From: an uncultured delta proteobacterium
Lineage (GTDB): Bacteria > Desulfobacterota > BSN033 > UBA1163
Length of the DNA stretch: 64,000 nt
Direction of reading: 5' to 3'
Assembly: GCA_963708295.1 (NCBI GenBank)
Contig: CAVPSJ010000020.1
Span: forward strand, 64,001 to 128,000
Shown here: one piece after another, positions 48,662 through 59,963 of the stretch
Layout of the letters: each line of letters begins with the position of its first letter
Numbering within the stretch: the first letter of the stretch is position 1
Translations under genes and position numbers: made by a program
The notes under the pieces: generated by a model
The model's database searches: none
What the model saw: only the letters and a program-made list of their open reading frames with translations
What the model was told of the DNA's origin: nothing

Positions 48662-49699
48662 TTATTTTTTGAGCATCTCAAGGGTCGCGTTGAGGATTTG
48701 TTGAGCTTCGGCATACCCTTTACCCTCCATTTTCTTTACCCATTCCTTCCAGATCGGCATACCTGCCACTTTGGTCCATCTTTCGACCTCCTCCGGAGGA
48801 ACGGTATACTTGACCATGGTATACCCGCCCTTTTTCACCGTGTTATCAACGGCTCCCTCGACCCGGTCAAAGAAATTGCGACCCCAAAATCTGGCACCTT
48901 CTAAGCCGCTGACGCTCGTGATTCCATCCTGAATGTCCTTGGGGAGGCTTTCCCATTTCTGCTTATTGATGGGCATCGAGAAATAGACTGCGGAAAGGGG
49001 TACCACCGTGTAATATTTTGCAACCTCGTAAAGCCTGTGCGCGAGGATCGGTTCCCAAGGGGCTCCCATGCCATCGATGACTCCCTTGTCCAGGGCGAGA
49101 TAGGTGTCGGGCATGGGCATGAGAACGGGGACTGCTCCGAGTGCCCTCATCTGCTCCGTGGGAGGTCCGCCCGTCACTCTAATCTTCAGGCCCTTTATGT
49201 CCTCCAGGGTTTTCACCTGTTTCTTCGTGGTGATTAAAATATAGGGATGGCTGGTCCAGAGCATGAGGACATGAACGTCTTTGAAATGATTTTGAATGGA
49301 CGGGTACTTTTCATAAAGCTTCCAGAGTACCTCGCTGCCCTTCTCCGCGCTCTTGATTGGCAGGGAGGGGAGGGTGATCACATCCGCCAAAGGCGTCATG
49401 TCGGGCCAATATCCATGGAAACACCAGCCCATATCTGCAACGCCCGTCTTTACGGCATTCCAGATATCTGGTGCTTTTGCCAATGTCTGGGAGTAGTAGA
49501 CGTCTATCTTTACTTTGCCTTTTGTGGCTTCTTCGACATTCTTGACCCACGGCTGAAGGGCCTCGACCCCACCCCATCCCGTTTGAGGGTTTTGGTCAGC
49601 CAAAGTGAGCTTGATACCCTGAGCGGCTGCTGGACTCACAAGAAGGGTGATCAGGCAAGCCGCTCCCGCTAGGATCAATAATCCTCGCTTTTTTTCCAT
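48662..49699 (-). CDS. dctP: TRAP transporter substrate-binding protein
   Basis: GLKIRV, YLALDKGVIDG, NKQKWESLP. Confidence 0.9.
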   Translation of the reverse strand: MEKKRGLLILAGAACLITLLVSPAAAQGIKLTLADQNPQTGWGGVEALQPWVKNVEEATKGKVKIDVYYSQTLAKAPDIWNAVKTGVADMGWCFHGYWPDMTPLADVITLPSLPIKSAEKGSEVLWKLYEKYPSIQNHFKDVHVLMLWTSHPYILITTKKQVKTLEDIKGLKIRVTGGPPTEQMRALGAVPVLMPMPDTYLALDKGVIDGMGAPWEPILAHRLYEVAKYYTVVPLSAVYFSMPINKQKWESLPKDIQDGITSVSGLEGARFWGRNFFDRVEGAVDNTVKKGGYTMVKYTVPPEEVERWTKVAGMPIWKEWVKKMEGKGYAEAQQILNATLEMLKK

Positions 49700-49991
49700 T
49701 CCCAGTCTCCTTTCTCCTTCAGGCTAGGCATAACTCAACCCTCCTCAAGCCATTTCTCATGCTTCCAGGTTTTTGTAGAAACTCAGAGAATGAGTAAAAA
49801 TGGTTAAGCTGAACACAAAAAGGCCCGAAGACCTTGACCGAGTCTTTCGGCTTTCAATTCTGCTGGAAAAATTCTGAAGAACAATTCAATGGACTTACCA
49901 GTTGCTGTGGTCTTACCTTTGGTGGACCCTTTCCTCTTTCCTCGGAAAAAACAGAAAATCCCCGCCAAATGAGAGGAAAAGTTCTGTGCAG

Positions 49992-50321
49992 TTATTTAGG
50001 TGCAAAGAGAACCGTCTTGGGTTTCTTATCCATCACCTTGGCCAATTCCTTCACGGGCCCGTACATCATGCAGCCCGCTTGGCAATGCTTCACACACGCC
50101 GGCGGTGTCCCTTCCTTCGTCCTCTCCGCGCATAAATTACAAAGATCCGTCGGAAATGGAATATAGTCGATGGCAATCTTCTCGAAGGTTTCCAGAACGA
50201 TTTCGTTCACCTTGATGCCCCATTTTCCGACAGGGTAGTTGTGCTCCTGTTTACAGGCCACCTCACAGGTGTGGCATCCTGTACAGTATTCATAGTCAAT
50301 GAGCAATCCTTGTCTGGCCAT
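49992..50321 (-). CDS. DmsB-like 4Fe-4S subunit
   Basis: CTGCHTCEVAC, CNLC, PACVKHC. Confidence 0.88.
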   Translation of the reverse strand: MARQGLLIDYEYCTGCHTCEVACKQEHNYPVGKWGIKVNEIVLETFEKIAIDYIPFPTDLCNLCAERTKEGTPPACVKHCQAGCMMYGPVKELAKVMDKKPKTVLFAPK

Positions 50322-50535
50322 TTCTCCTACCTCTCTTTCAGGTCCCGTGTCGAATACGGGACATGCTTATTCTGCTTACCTTGTAGGGAACGGTTTCAAA
50401 CCGTTCCCTATATAAGAGGTAACTCCCCCCGCCCCCTCTTAAGCTAAGAGGGGATATTCCTCCCCTTAAGATAAGGGGAGGATAGGAGGGGTTATGAGTC
50501 GTTGTCTTGATACCTTTCACCGCCTCGTTGCAGGC

Positions 50536-52770
50536 TTATTTTTCTATCTTGCGCACCCGGCAGAGCGTCGTCTTGTATGCCCCTCCGCCGAATCCGGAGC
50601 GCCCCTGGGTCCCGGTGGGGATGAGCTGATTAACGTTGAGATCCCAGATGCCGAAAAGATTCGGCTCCCGGCCGTCGGTCTCCGGCAACCACCATCCGTG
50701 AGGAACCATGACGACTTTGGGATGGATCGTTGGTGTCACCACGGCCTTCCTCTTAATCCTCCCTCTCCGGTTTTCGATATAGACCCATTCCCCGTTTTCA
50801 ATCCCCAGCTCGGCGGCTGTCTTCGTGTTGATCTCGATGATCGGGTAGGGATCAATCTCTCTCATCCACGGGATCATTCGATGTTCGGCATGGAAGTAAA
50901 CCGACGACCTTCTCCCGGTGGCCATCACCAACGGATATTCCTTGAAGAGTTCAGGCGTTCTCACTTCACTCTCCGGAGGTTCCTCATAATAAGGAAGGGG
51001 GTCCAGATTCCACTCTTCAAACCTCTTCGACCAGAATTCCACTTTTCCTGTAGGCGTATTGAACCCGGGTTTTCCATCCGCACGGAGCAATCCCTTCTCA
51101 TACCGCCTGTAGGGTTTTGAGGAATGGCCTTCCGGCGGCATCCTCCAGCTCCCCTCGGCAGCCAGTTCATCAAAAGTCACTCCCGCGGGCTTGAGCCGAT
51201 CGTCAATCAATTCTTTCACGGTCTGATACTTGATCGCTCCGGGATTGAAGCGGCGGGCCAGTTCCAGGTTGATCTCCCAATCGGATTTGCATTCTCCCAC
51301 CTTGATCGCCGGAACCACCACACTCAAAGGAGCCCACCAGGATCGGAAGCTCTCTTTTTCAGGAAAGCTTGCCGCCGGGAGGACGATATCCGCCACCGCC
51401 ATACTCGTGGGGTTGTGGAAGGTGTCCACCACCACGTTGAATTCGAGTTTCTTCAACGCCTGATAGTGTTTTCGAGTGTCGGCTGCCTGTCCGCCCAGCA
51501 TGTTGGTGGTCTGGATCCATGCTGCCTTAATCGGATAAGGGTCCTCCGTTAAGATCTGATCCACCGCCATATCGGGCTGTGCCCAACCCCTGAAGTTAGC
51601 CACCATCGGGTAAACACTGGCTCCGATCCTTTTGCCCGTCAACTTCTTTACGAATTCCGCGCCATAAAGGCTGGTGAGCTCGTGAGAGGAAAAAGGATAC
51701 GTGGTGACTCCGAAGGCAGGTCGCGCAATGACCTCGCCGCCGGGGACATCGAGATTTCCGGTCAAACACCAGAGATGGGCGATGGCCTGGGCCACGGTTG
51801 TTCCCTCAGGAGCCTGGTCAACGGGAAGACCCCAGTGAATCGCGGCGGGTTTGCTTGTCGCGTAGAGTCGAGCTGCCTTGATGATCGCTTCTTTGGGCGC
51901 CCAGGTAATGCTGGCGGCTCTTTCCGGAGTATATTCCTGGACCCGCTGCTTCAATTCTTCAAAACCATAGGTCCAGTTCTCTACAAAGGTCTTGTCGTAA
52001 AGTTTTTCGTTGATAATGACATGGGCCATGGCCAGAGCCAAAGCGCCATCCGTTCCCGGCCGGATCTGGAGATGGATTTGAGACCTTGAAGCCATCCAGG
52101 TCGTGCGGGTATCGACGGTGATCACCTTGGAGCCCCGTTTCATGCATTCGATGATCCAGTGGCCATGAAAAGCATCCGGGCAGGTGGGAACGGGGTTGTT
52201 TGCCCAAACAATGATGCATTTCGGCGGAGTCCATTCCGGAGCGTCATATCGTTTCTCATAAAATTGCCCCGCGTCTAATACGGCGTAATCTCCCATCGTC
52301 GAAAACATAGCGCCCAGCCGGGGCGTATAACACGATTGCCCTGCCAGTCCGAGCTGGACCCAGTTCGGACTTCCGTAGGCATAGGCCAAAAAGGAGATCG
52401 GGCCGCCGATGTCTCTTCCCGTTCCCTGGCAGAAGAGGACGGATTCGGCGCCGTATTGATCTCGAATCTCCTTGAGTTTTTTCTCAATTGTGTCAAACGC
52501 CTCATCCCATGAGATTCGGGTCCATTTCCCTTCTCCCCTCTCTCCAGCACGTTTCATCGGATAGAGGAGTCGGTCCGGGTGATAGACATACTGGGTCAAA
52601 GCCAAAACCCGGGGACAGAGTCTTCCCTGGTTCCAGGGATGATTTTCATCCCCCTCGACTTTGACCAGTCTTCCGTTCTTCACATGGAGCTTGACGCCGC
52701 ATCCACCATGGCAGCCGGCTCCAGGAGACCAGACCGTGGTCCGGACAACTTTTTCACCTTCGTTGCTCAT
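50536..52770 (-). CDS. Molybdopterin oxidoreductase, acetylene hydratase/catechol dehydroxylase-like, copy 2
   Basis: WSPGAGCHGGC...LCPR, SCYTPR, FHAEHR; paralog of copy 1. Confidence 0.9.
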   Translation of the reverse strand: MSNEGEKVVRTTVWSPGAGCHGGCGVKLHVKNGRLVKVEGDENHPWNQGRLCPRVLALTQYVYHPDRLLYPMKRAGERGEGKWTRISWDEAFDTIEKKLKEIRDQYGAESVLFCQGTGRDIGGPISFLAYAYGSPNWVQLGLAGQSCYTPRLGAMFSTMGDYAVLDAGQFYEKRYDAPEWTPPKCIIVWANNPVPTCPDAFHGHWIIECMKRGSKVITVDTRTTWMASRSQIHLQIRPGTDGALALAMAHVIINEKLYDKTFVENWTYGFEELKQRVQEYTPERAASITWAPKEAIIKAARLYATSKPAAIHWGLPVDQAPEGTTVAQAIAHLWCLTGNLDVPGGEVIARPAFGVTTYPFSSHELTSLYGAEFVKKLTGKRIGASVYPMVANFRGWAQPDMAVDQILTEDPYPIKAAWIQTTNMLGGQAADTRKHYQALKKLEFNVVVDTFHNPTSMAVADIVLPAASFPEKESFRSWWAPLSVVVPAIKVGECKSDWEINLELARRFNPGAIKYQTVKELIDDRLKPAGVTFDELAAEGSWRMPPEGHSSKPYRRYEKGLLRADGKPGFNTPTGKVEFWSKRFEEWNLDPLPYYEEPPESEVRTPELFKEYPLVMATGRRSSVYFHAEHRMIPWMREIDPYPIIEINTKTAAELGIENGEWVYIENRRGRIKRKAVVTPTIHPKVVMVPHGWWLPETDGREPNLFGIWDLNVNQLIPTGTQGRSGFGGGAYKTTLCRVRKIEK

Positions 52771-52872
52771 TCTTTTCTCCTTATCAATCAGTCTATAGAC
52801 TTCTTTGTAGCCTATTTTTCAACCGACTTCAAGTTTCATCGGTCAGGATAATTTTATCAGTATCGTACAATA

Positions 52873-52903
52873 ACGGGCCTCGTCTTCTGAGGACGAGGCC
52901 CGT
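52873..52903. terminator. Strong hairpin between dctP and the Mo-enzyme gene
   Basis: ACGGGCCTCGTC-ttctgag-GACGAGGCCCGT. Confidence 0.65.
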
Positions 52904-52998
52904 CGTTTGTGACATGAGGCAATCCCGTCACCCTCTGGAAGGAGTGATTCATCTGTAAAAAGGCGAAGAGGATGCGAGGAGAAAGCAATGAGCCGAAA

Positions 52999-54071
52999 CT
53001 ACTTGGCCATTTTCGGAATCAACTCCTCGATTCTCTTCAGAATCTTGGCGGCATCAGGCCTGCCGGCGGCGGTCATCTTCTTGACCCATTCCTCGCGCAG
53101 AGGCTTGCTGACATCATTTAGCTTCTTCAGCTCCGGATTCGGGCAGGGTATAGGGTTCCACCTTACCCTTGGCAAGCTGGAGGAAGTCCTGCATCGCATC
53201 TTCTTCCCAGTCGCGGCTGAGTATTCTGGCATTCTCAAGGTTATTGACCTTGGTGATCGCCTCCTGGATATCCTTGGGCAGGCTATCCCACTTGGCTTTG
53301 TTCATGGAATAGGTGAAGTGGAAAAAGGTCCAGGGGCCAACGCCATGTACTTCGACACCTCGATGGAGCTTGAAGGACAATTGCGGCCTCGAAGGGGGCT
53401 GTCATCCCATCGATGACCCCTTTCTCCAGAGACAGGTAGGCGTCCGGCATGGGGAACGTGACCGGGGTGGCACCCAGAGCGGTCATCATGTTGGTGAGGT
53501 TTGCCCCGGTAGCCCTCATCTTTAAGGCCCTTCAAGTCCTCCAGGGTCTTTATCTGTTTGGACCGGGTGAGAGCGACCTGATGGCCATCACACCACGTCG
53601 TCAGTACATGCACGTCCTTGAACTCGGCCTGTATGGATGGAAACTCCTGATAGATCTGGTACATCACGGCGCTCGGCATGCTCGGTGTCTTTGAAACGAA
53701 GACCCGGGCAGGCTGATGGCGTTGGCCAGCTCCGTCATGCCAGGCCAGTAGTTGTGAAAGCACCAACCCGCATCCACCACGCCCGTTTTGACGGCATTCC
53801 AGATGTCGGGACCTTTGACCAGCGTCTGACTCCAGTAAGGTCTCGAACTTGATCCTGTTCCCGGTGGCTTGCTTCCAGCCTTTTCAGGTAAGGATTTTCA
53901 GAGTACTTCGGTCCGTAGCCCTGTTCGTTAGTTCTGCTCCGCCCAGGTGATCTTAATCACCTGACCAGGCTTGTCGGCGGCCGCAAGGCTCTGAGAGGGT
54001 GACCCGAACCCGATAAGGACAAAACCAGCTACCAATAAAATTCCTAACGAGACAAACAATGACTTTTTCAT
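52999..54071 (-). pseudogene. dctP: TRAP substrate-binding protein, multiply frameshifted
   Basis: Fragments KTLEDLKGLK, YLSLEKGVIDG, MNKAKWDSLP in different frames. Confidence 0.75.
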
Positions 54072-54183
54072 ACTTTCCCTCCTTCATTTGTTATATTTCT
54101 TTCTCTGTTTGCCCCGCACTCGGGGGCGATGTTTCCAGACTTTCTCCTACCAGCCCTTCGGAAGTGTCCAGGCCACCGGCGAC

Positions 54184-55475
54184 TTAGCGCATCGTTGCAG
54201 GAAGCCAGAGGACGATTTGGGGAAAGATCATGATCAGAATGGTCGTTAGGACGATCGCAATCATCAAGATGCTTGTCCCCGTGTAGACCTTGACCAGATC
54301 GACATTCGCCGTTGCGCTGACGACAAAGGCGATCATGCCCACGGGTGGGAAAACGAGTCCCATGGAGACCATCATCATGGAGAGGACGCCAAACCAGATG
54401 GGATCGAATCCAAGGTTGTGATCAGCGGGAAGGTCAACTGTAAGGTGAGAAGAAGGAGCGGAATCTCATCCATGAACATGCTGACGACGAAGTAGCAACG
54501 ACGATGCCGATGATGACGACCCAGCGGTTGAGGTTCATCTCGGTGACGACGGCGACCACCTGCTGAGGCACCCGGCTCAAGGCCATATAGGAGCCGAAGA
54601 TGGTCGCGCCGATCAGAATCATGAAGATCATGGCGCTTGTGCGGATGGTCAACTTTAAGGCTTCGATTGCGCCTGCCCATCGTGAGACGGCCGAAGGCGA
54701 CGCCGATCAGCCGCTGCCATAAAGGCACCGATGGCGCCGACTTCGGTCGGGGTGACAATACCGGTGTAGAGAAGAACTAATAACGATGAAGATCAACAAA
54801 AGGCTTGGCCAGATGCGGCGAACACTCGCCCAGCGTTCTGCAGCAGATACCCGATACGTCTCAGGGGCATCGGGAGGCCTGACGCGAACCCAGATAAAAA
54901 TGGCCAGAGCCAGGAAGATGCCCACGATGATGCCCGGGACCGACCCCTGCAATCAGCAATTTGGCGATGGACGTCTGGGTCGCAATGCCGTAAATGACCA
55001 TGGCAACGCTCGGTGGGATGAGAATGTCGAGGGTTGCTCCCAATCCCAACGGTACCGGCTGCCAGTTCTTCGGAATAGCCGTGGCGACGCATTTCCGGAT
55101 AGGCGATCGTTGACATGACGGAGGCCGCTGCAACGCTCGCTCCGGACATGGCCCCGAAGATCGCGCAGGCGAAGACCGTTGCGACCCCGAGGCCGCCCCT
55201 TGATATGGGATAGCCAGTTCGCCCCGGCCGTGAAGAGGTCGCGGGCAAGACCGCTCGATGCCGAAAAGTAGGCCATGAGGATGAACATGGGTATGGTGGT
55301 CAGGGCATAGTCGGCAACCGTCGTGAAAGGCGCCATCCCCAAGATACCCAAGCACCATGTTCCAGTTCCCGGTGACGAGATAGATGCCCAGAATGCCGGC
55401 ACCGGCAAGAGAAAACGCAATGGGGAACCCCAGAAGAAGTGCGATGACCATGGCAAGAAAAGGCAGAAAGACCAT
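54184..55475 (-). pseudogene. dctM: TRAP large permease, multiply frameshifted
   Basis: IPMFILM, FGAMSGAS, ILIPPS, FPPVG, PQIVLWLP fragments. Confidence 0.8.
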
Positions 55476-55499
55476 CTTTCTGTCCTCCGTTTTCGAAAT

Positions 55500-56018
55500 C
55501 TACAGTTTGCAGGGCGATTCCTCCTGAACAGAGGAGACTTTCCCTTTCCTCACCTTTCCGTAGGTCAATCGAGCATCATCAAGGGACGTGAAAAAGAGTC
55601 CCACCGGGACCATGCACATAAGCAGGGCCCATGGGGAATCGAAATCGAGACTGCTCAGCGTCGTGTGCGGTTCAAAGGTGCGGAGGGCCTGCTTGAACGT
55701 GGCGATGACGAGCGCCACACCAGTAGAGCATGGAGACAATCTGGACCAGGTGGTTCACGACGAGCTTCACCTTTCGGCGGCAGACGATCCACCAGGAAAG
55801 TGACGCGGATGTAGGCGCCTCCGCGGTAGCCGTAAGCCATGGCCAGAAAGACGGCAGCGATCATCAGGTAGTTGGTCGTGATCTCATAGGCCCCGGTGAT
55901 CGGCCGGTTAAAAAGATATCGTCCCCCGCATCAGCCGTTGTCAGCAGCATCAGGACAAAGGTGGCAAAAACAGCGCGTAGGTTAAGACCTTCTCACAAGC
56001 GTCGAGCAATCGTTGCAT
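55500..56018 (-). pseudogene. dctQ: TRAP small permease, frameshifted
   Basis: FLAMAYGYRGGAYIRVTFL; position between dctP and dctM. Confidence 0.7.
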
Positions 56019-56197
56019 CGATTTGAATCCTCCTTATCCCCCATCCTGTTTACCCCGTTAGAATCGATGCCCCGCTGACTGCAGCGGGGTTATCTGTTAA
56101 ACAATTCCGGCGGGGTTTAATGCCCCCCGCCGGAATTGTCAATGGGGCGGATCCTCTTGTTGCAAAAACTTTAGGGCCGAGCGTGCGTTGGATGATC

Positions 56198-57234
56198 CTA
56201 CTTCAACAATCGGAGAGTTGTCGTCCAGTACCTGCTGAGCGTCGGGACGTCCTTTGCTCTCCATCTTTTTCACCCACTCCTTCCAGAGAGGTTCGCCCGC
56301 CACTTTCTGCCATCGCTCAAGTTCTTCGGGCGGCGGCACGTATTTCACCATCTGATGGTTTCCCTCTTTGACACGCTCCATCACCCCTTGCTCCGCGGTG
56401 TCGAACCAGTTCTTTCCCCAGAACTTGGCGGCCTCAAGACCGCTCACGCTCGTGATGGCCTGCTGAATATCTTTGGGCAGGCTCTCCCATTTCTGCTTGT
56501 TCATCGACATGGAAAAGTAGACGGCAGAGAGAGGCACAATGGTGTAATACTTTACGACTTCATAAAGTCTGAAGCCGTGAATGGCCTCCCAGGGTGCTCC
56601 CATGCCGTCGATCACCCCTTTGTCCATGGCCAGGTAGGTATCCGGCATGGGCATGAGGCGTGGGAACGGCTCCAAGAGCCTTCATCTGTTCGGTTGGAGG
56701 TCCTCCCGACGACCCTGATCTTCAGCCCTTTCATATCTTCCATCGTCTTGACCTGCTTCTTCGTCGTGATCAAGAAATACGGGTGGCTTGCCCAGAGCTG
56801 AAAGACATGAACGTCTTTGTATTCTCCTTGAATGGAAGGAAATTTCTCATAGAGTTTCCAGAGCACTTCACTTCCCTTTTCCGCTGTTTTAAACGGCAGA
56901 CCGGGCAGCGTGATGACATCGGAGAGAGGGGTCATATCCGGCCCAGTAGCCGTGAAAACACCAGCCCATATCGGCAACACCGGTCTTGACCGCGTTCCAG
57001 ATGTCCGGCCCCTTGGCTAAGGTCTGGGCATAAAAGATATCGATCTTCACCCTGTCCTTTGGTCGCCTCTTCAACCTTCTTTACCCAGGGCTGCAGTGCG
57101 TGCACCGGCCCCCAGCCCATTTCCGCATTCTGGTCAGCCAGGGTCAGCTTGATCACCTGGGCCAGGGACGGCGCGGCCAAAATGAAGACAAGACAAATAC
57201 TGCAAACCAACATCAAGCATCCTCTCTTTTTCAT
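56198..57234 (-). pseudogene. dctP: TRAP substrate-binding protein, frameshifted; close paralog of 48662-49699
   Basis: LTLADQN, DIWNAVKTGVADMGWCFHGYW, AEKGSEVLWKLYEK shared with 48662-49699. Confidence 0.8.
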
Positions 57235-57321
57235 CTTTCTCCTCCTTTGCGATGTTTAGCTCGCACAAAAAACGGTGAACCTTATTTAAGGATATCACGA
57301 ATTTCCCAACGGACTCAAACC

Positions 57322-58080
57322 TTAAAGATCAAGTCCTTCGATCGCAACGACCCGAATCATCGAACCGTCTCCATGGATCCACCGCAAAGGGAAGGCGGCA
57401 ATCGTCACGCGCTTGCCCGTGACCTGGTCCACGTCACCGCCTACGTTTTCGATCCCTGGAATAAGGTTTCCGAGCAAGAGGTAGTGAGCCGGTTCATAGA
57501 TGGGCCATTTCTTCTCCGGATCCTCACCCGTTTCTCTTTTGTATTCCGCGTCGAGCCAGGGCATGATCTTGGACAGGGGTGCATGGGCAAGGGGGCTGTC
57601 TAGGGCGCCGCCGGTGATGCCGAACCCTTTGATCCCTTTCTTCACCAGCCATTCCCCGCCTTCCTTGTAGAGGCCGGGGAAGTGGTTGATGTAAACATAA
57701 TGATCGTCCCACTTGTGGTGCCAACCGGTATTGACAATCACCCAGTCGCCCTTTTCGACCTTCGGGGTCGCTTTCTCGAAGTCCTCCGGGCCGATGATGT
57801 CCCATTTCTTCTTGTTCCGCATATCGAGCACCACCCCTGTGCCGAAACAACTGGATAAAGGTACTTCGTCAATCCCCTTGCCCGTGCCGATGACGTGAAA
57901 CGGTGCATCCATGTGGGTGGAGGTGTGCATTTTGCAGTGAAACACCGCAGACTGCTTGCCGTCGCGTTCATGGTAGAGCATCCGCTCAATGACCAGGTCC
58001 TGCATCTGTCCTACCCAAGGCCAAATAGGGATCCCCATCTCAAGGGGTTGTGACAGGTTATAGAATTTTAGCTGCTTCAT
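57322..58080 (-). CDS. Cyclase family (kynurenine formamidase-like) metal hydrolase
   Basis: HTSTHMDAPFH, NTGW, IENV, GDGSMIRVVA; RBS AAGGAG. Confidence 0.88.
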   Translation of the reverse strand: MKQLKFYNLSQPLEMGIPIWPWVGQMQDLVIERMLYHERDGKQSAVFHCKMHTSTHMDAPFHVIGTGKGIDEVPLSSCFGTGVVLDMRNKKKWDIIGPEDFEKATPKVEKGDWVIVNTGWHHKWDDHYVYINHFPGLYKEGGEWLVKKGIKGFGITGGALDSPLAHAPLSKIMPWLDAEYKRETGEDPEKKWPIYEPAHYLLLGNLIPGIENVGGDVDQVTGKRVTIAAFPLRWIHGDGSMIRVVAIEGLDL

Positions 58081-58713
58081 GGTCCTCTCCTTTTTTGATG
58101 CTGATTTTTTCAAGCCTTTGCCTCTGCGAGGTTTGGTCGAATGTTCATGGGGGGTGTTACGTTTTTTAACTGACAAGCCGGGGGAACGAAACCTTGGTTA
58201 AATATCACAGAGCCTTATTCCGCTTTAGAATTCAAGGGATTCAAGAACGTTCGGATGATGTCATATCATAATATCTTTTGGGATGTCAAGCACTAATTTG
58301 ATGCTCGCCCAGCCCCAGTTTTTCTTCAGTACACAGAATGGTTATCGACCCGGAGGGCCTTTGGAATGCGGCCATGATTGGATATTGGGGGGAGCTCGTC
58401 GGTATCAACCCTCAAGGCTTGGTATGGGTCTGGGACTCCTTCCCGAGATTGCTCGAGAGGTGGCCGCCCCAAAAGCTTCTCCAACCCGCCCGCTGGGTCC
58501 TGATGATGGGAGACCCTTAACTCCCCTTCATCCCCCCTTAATTAAGGGGGGCACAGAGGGGGGTTAGTTAAGGTTCCTAGCAGCGATAGTAGAATTTAAA
58601 TATCATTGCGGGTCTGATATCACGGCGCCTCGGGGACAGAAAGTCGAAGGGTTGATTTTTTGGCACGAGTGGAATATAAGTAAGTCTATCCGAAGAAAGA
58701 AAGGGGAGGCAGG

Positions 58714-59701
58714 ATGAAAATTGATTTTCACAACCATTTCTATCCACCCGGGTACCTGGAGAAGTTTGAACAATGGGGGCGGCGTCGTTTTGAATTTGTG
58801 CCGGGCAAAGACGGATTGAAGATCGTGAAGCAGAAAGGAGCCCGTTTCCTGGCGATCACTCCTCAGCACGTGAGCGTGGATCAGCGACTTGAGGATATGG
58901 ATCGCCTTGGAATCGACATGGAGGTTCTCACGTTAACGTCGCCCAGTGTCTACTTTTCCACGAGGAGAAGGAACCAGTACCTTGCTAAAATGTCGAACGA
59001 TTTTTTTGCTGATCTCTGCCAAAAGTATCCCCGCCGGTTTTCTGCTTTTGCGAGCGTTCCGCTCGCCCATCCGGACGACGCTGTTGAGGAGCTGTCATCG
59101 GGCCGTCAACGACTTGGGGATGAAAGGGGTCGTCCTGGGTTCAAACATTGGCGGGAAACACCTTCACTTGAAAGAATTCTGGCCTTTCTACAAAGAGGTG
59201 GACCGAATGAACCTGCCCATTTTCATCCATCCCATGGTGCCGGCTCATCCGGAATCGTTTGCGGAGTTTGTTCTCGTCCCATTGGTGGGATTTTGCATGG
59301 ATACCACCGTGACGGTGGCGAAGATGGTCTTTTCAGGTCTTTTCGAGAAATACCCAAATCTCACCCTGATCCTCCCCCATTTGGGAGGAACCCTTCCGTT
59401 TCTGTTTGAAAGGATCGATGCCGGATACAAGTCTTATGTGGAGTGCCAACCGCATATTACGAAGCCCCCCAGTGATTATCTCAAGAAGTTCTATTATGAT
59501 ACGGTTTCCTTCTATACCCCGGCCCTGATGTGCACTTACCTGGCAGTGGGGGCAGATCACATGGTCATGGGAAGCGATTATCCCCATGTGATCGGCGACA
59601 TCACTCGCTCCGTCTCTTCCATCCTGGATTTGGACATTTCTCAGGAAGAGAAAGAGAAGATTCTCGGAGAAAACGCGAAAAAGATCCTGAAGCTATCGTG
59701 A
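58714..59701 (+). CDS. Amidohydrolase_2 family (ACMSD-like decarboxylase/hydratase); frameshift near 59095
   Basis: IDFHNH, IFIHP, PHLGG, YYDT, GSDYPH. Confidence 0.85.
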
Positions 59702-59963
59702 AGGAGAATGCAGAAAGACAAAAGGAGAAGTCGTCTTGCCCAGGATGAGAAGCTCACAGGAGTTGTCCGCCTCGAACGGGCGGACAAACCTCGGCGACCG
59801 GTGAAATACGTCTTCAGGCAGGTTTCCCCTCACCCCGTGATGACGGGGAATGCATCTTTTTGGGCTGGGTGCTCGTGAAGAATCAGAAGGTTTTTCTTAA
59901 ATGCTCCATTGAAAAATTCCCCTTCCATGATATCCCGGAAACGATCTTTCGCAGAGTGCTTGA

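Noticed and set aside
49700-49990. Moco riboswitch or other ncRNA near the Mo enzyme genes
   Set aside because: Only a terminator-like hairpin is visible and I could not match the consensus; an Rfam scan would settle it.
58283-58567. Short ORFs in the cyclase/amidohydrolase divergent gap
   Set aside because: No RBS or motifs, and they end in REP sequence.
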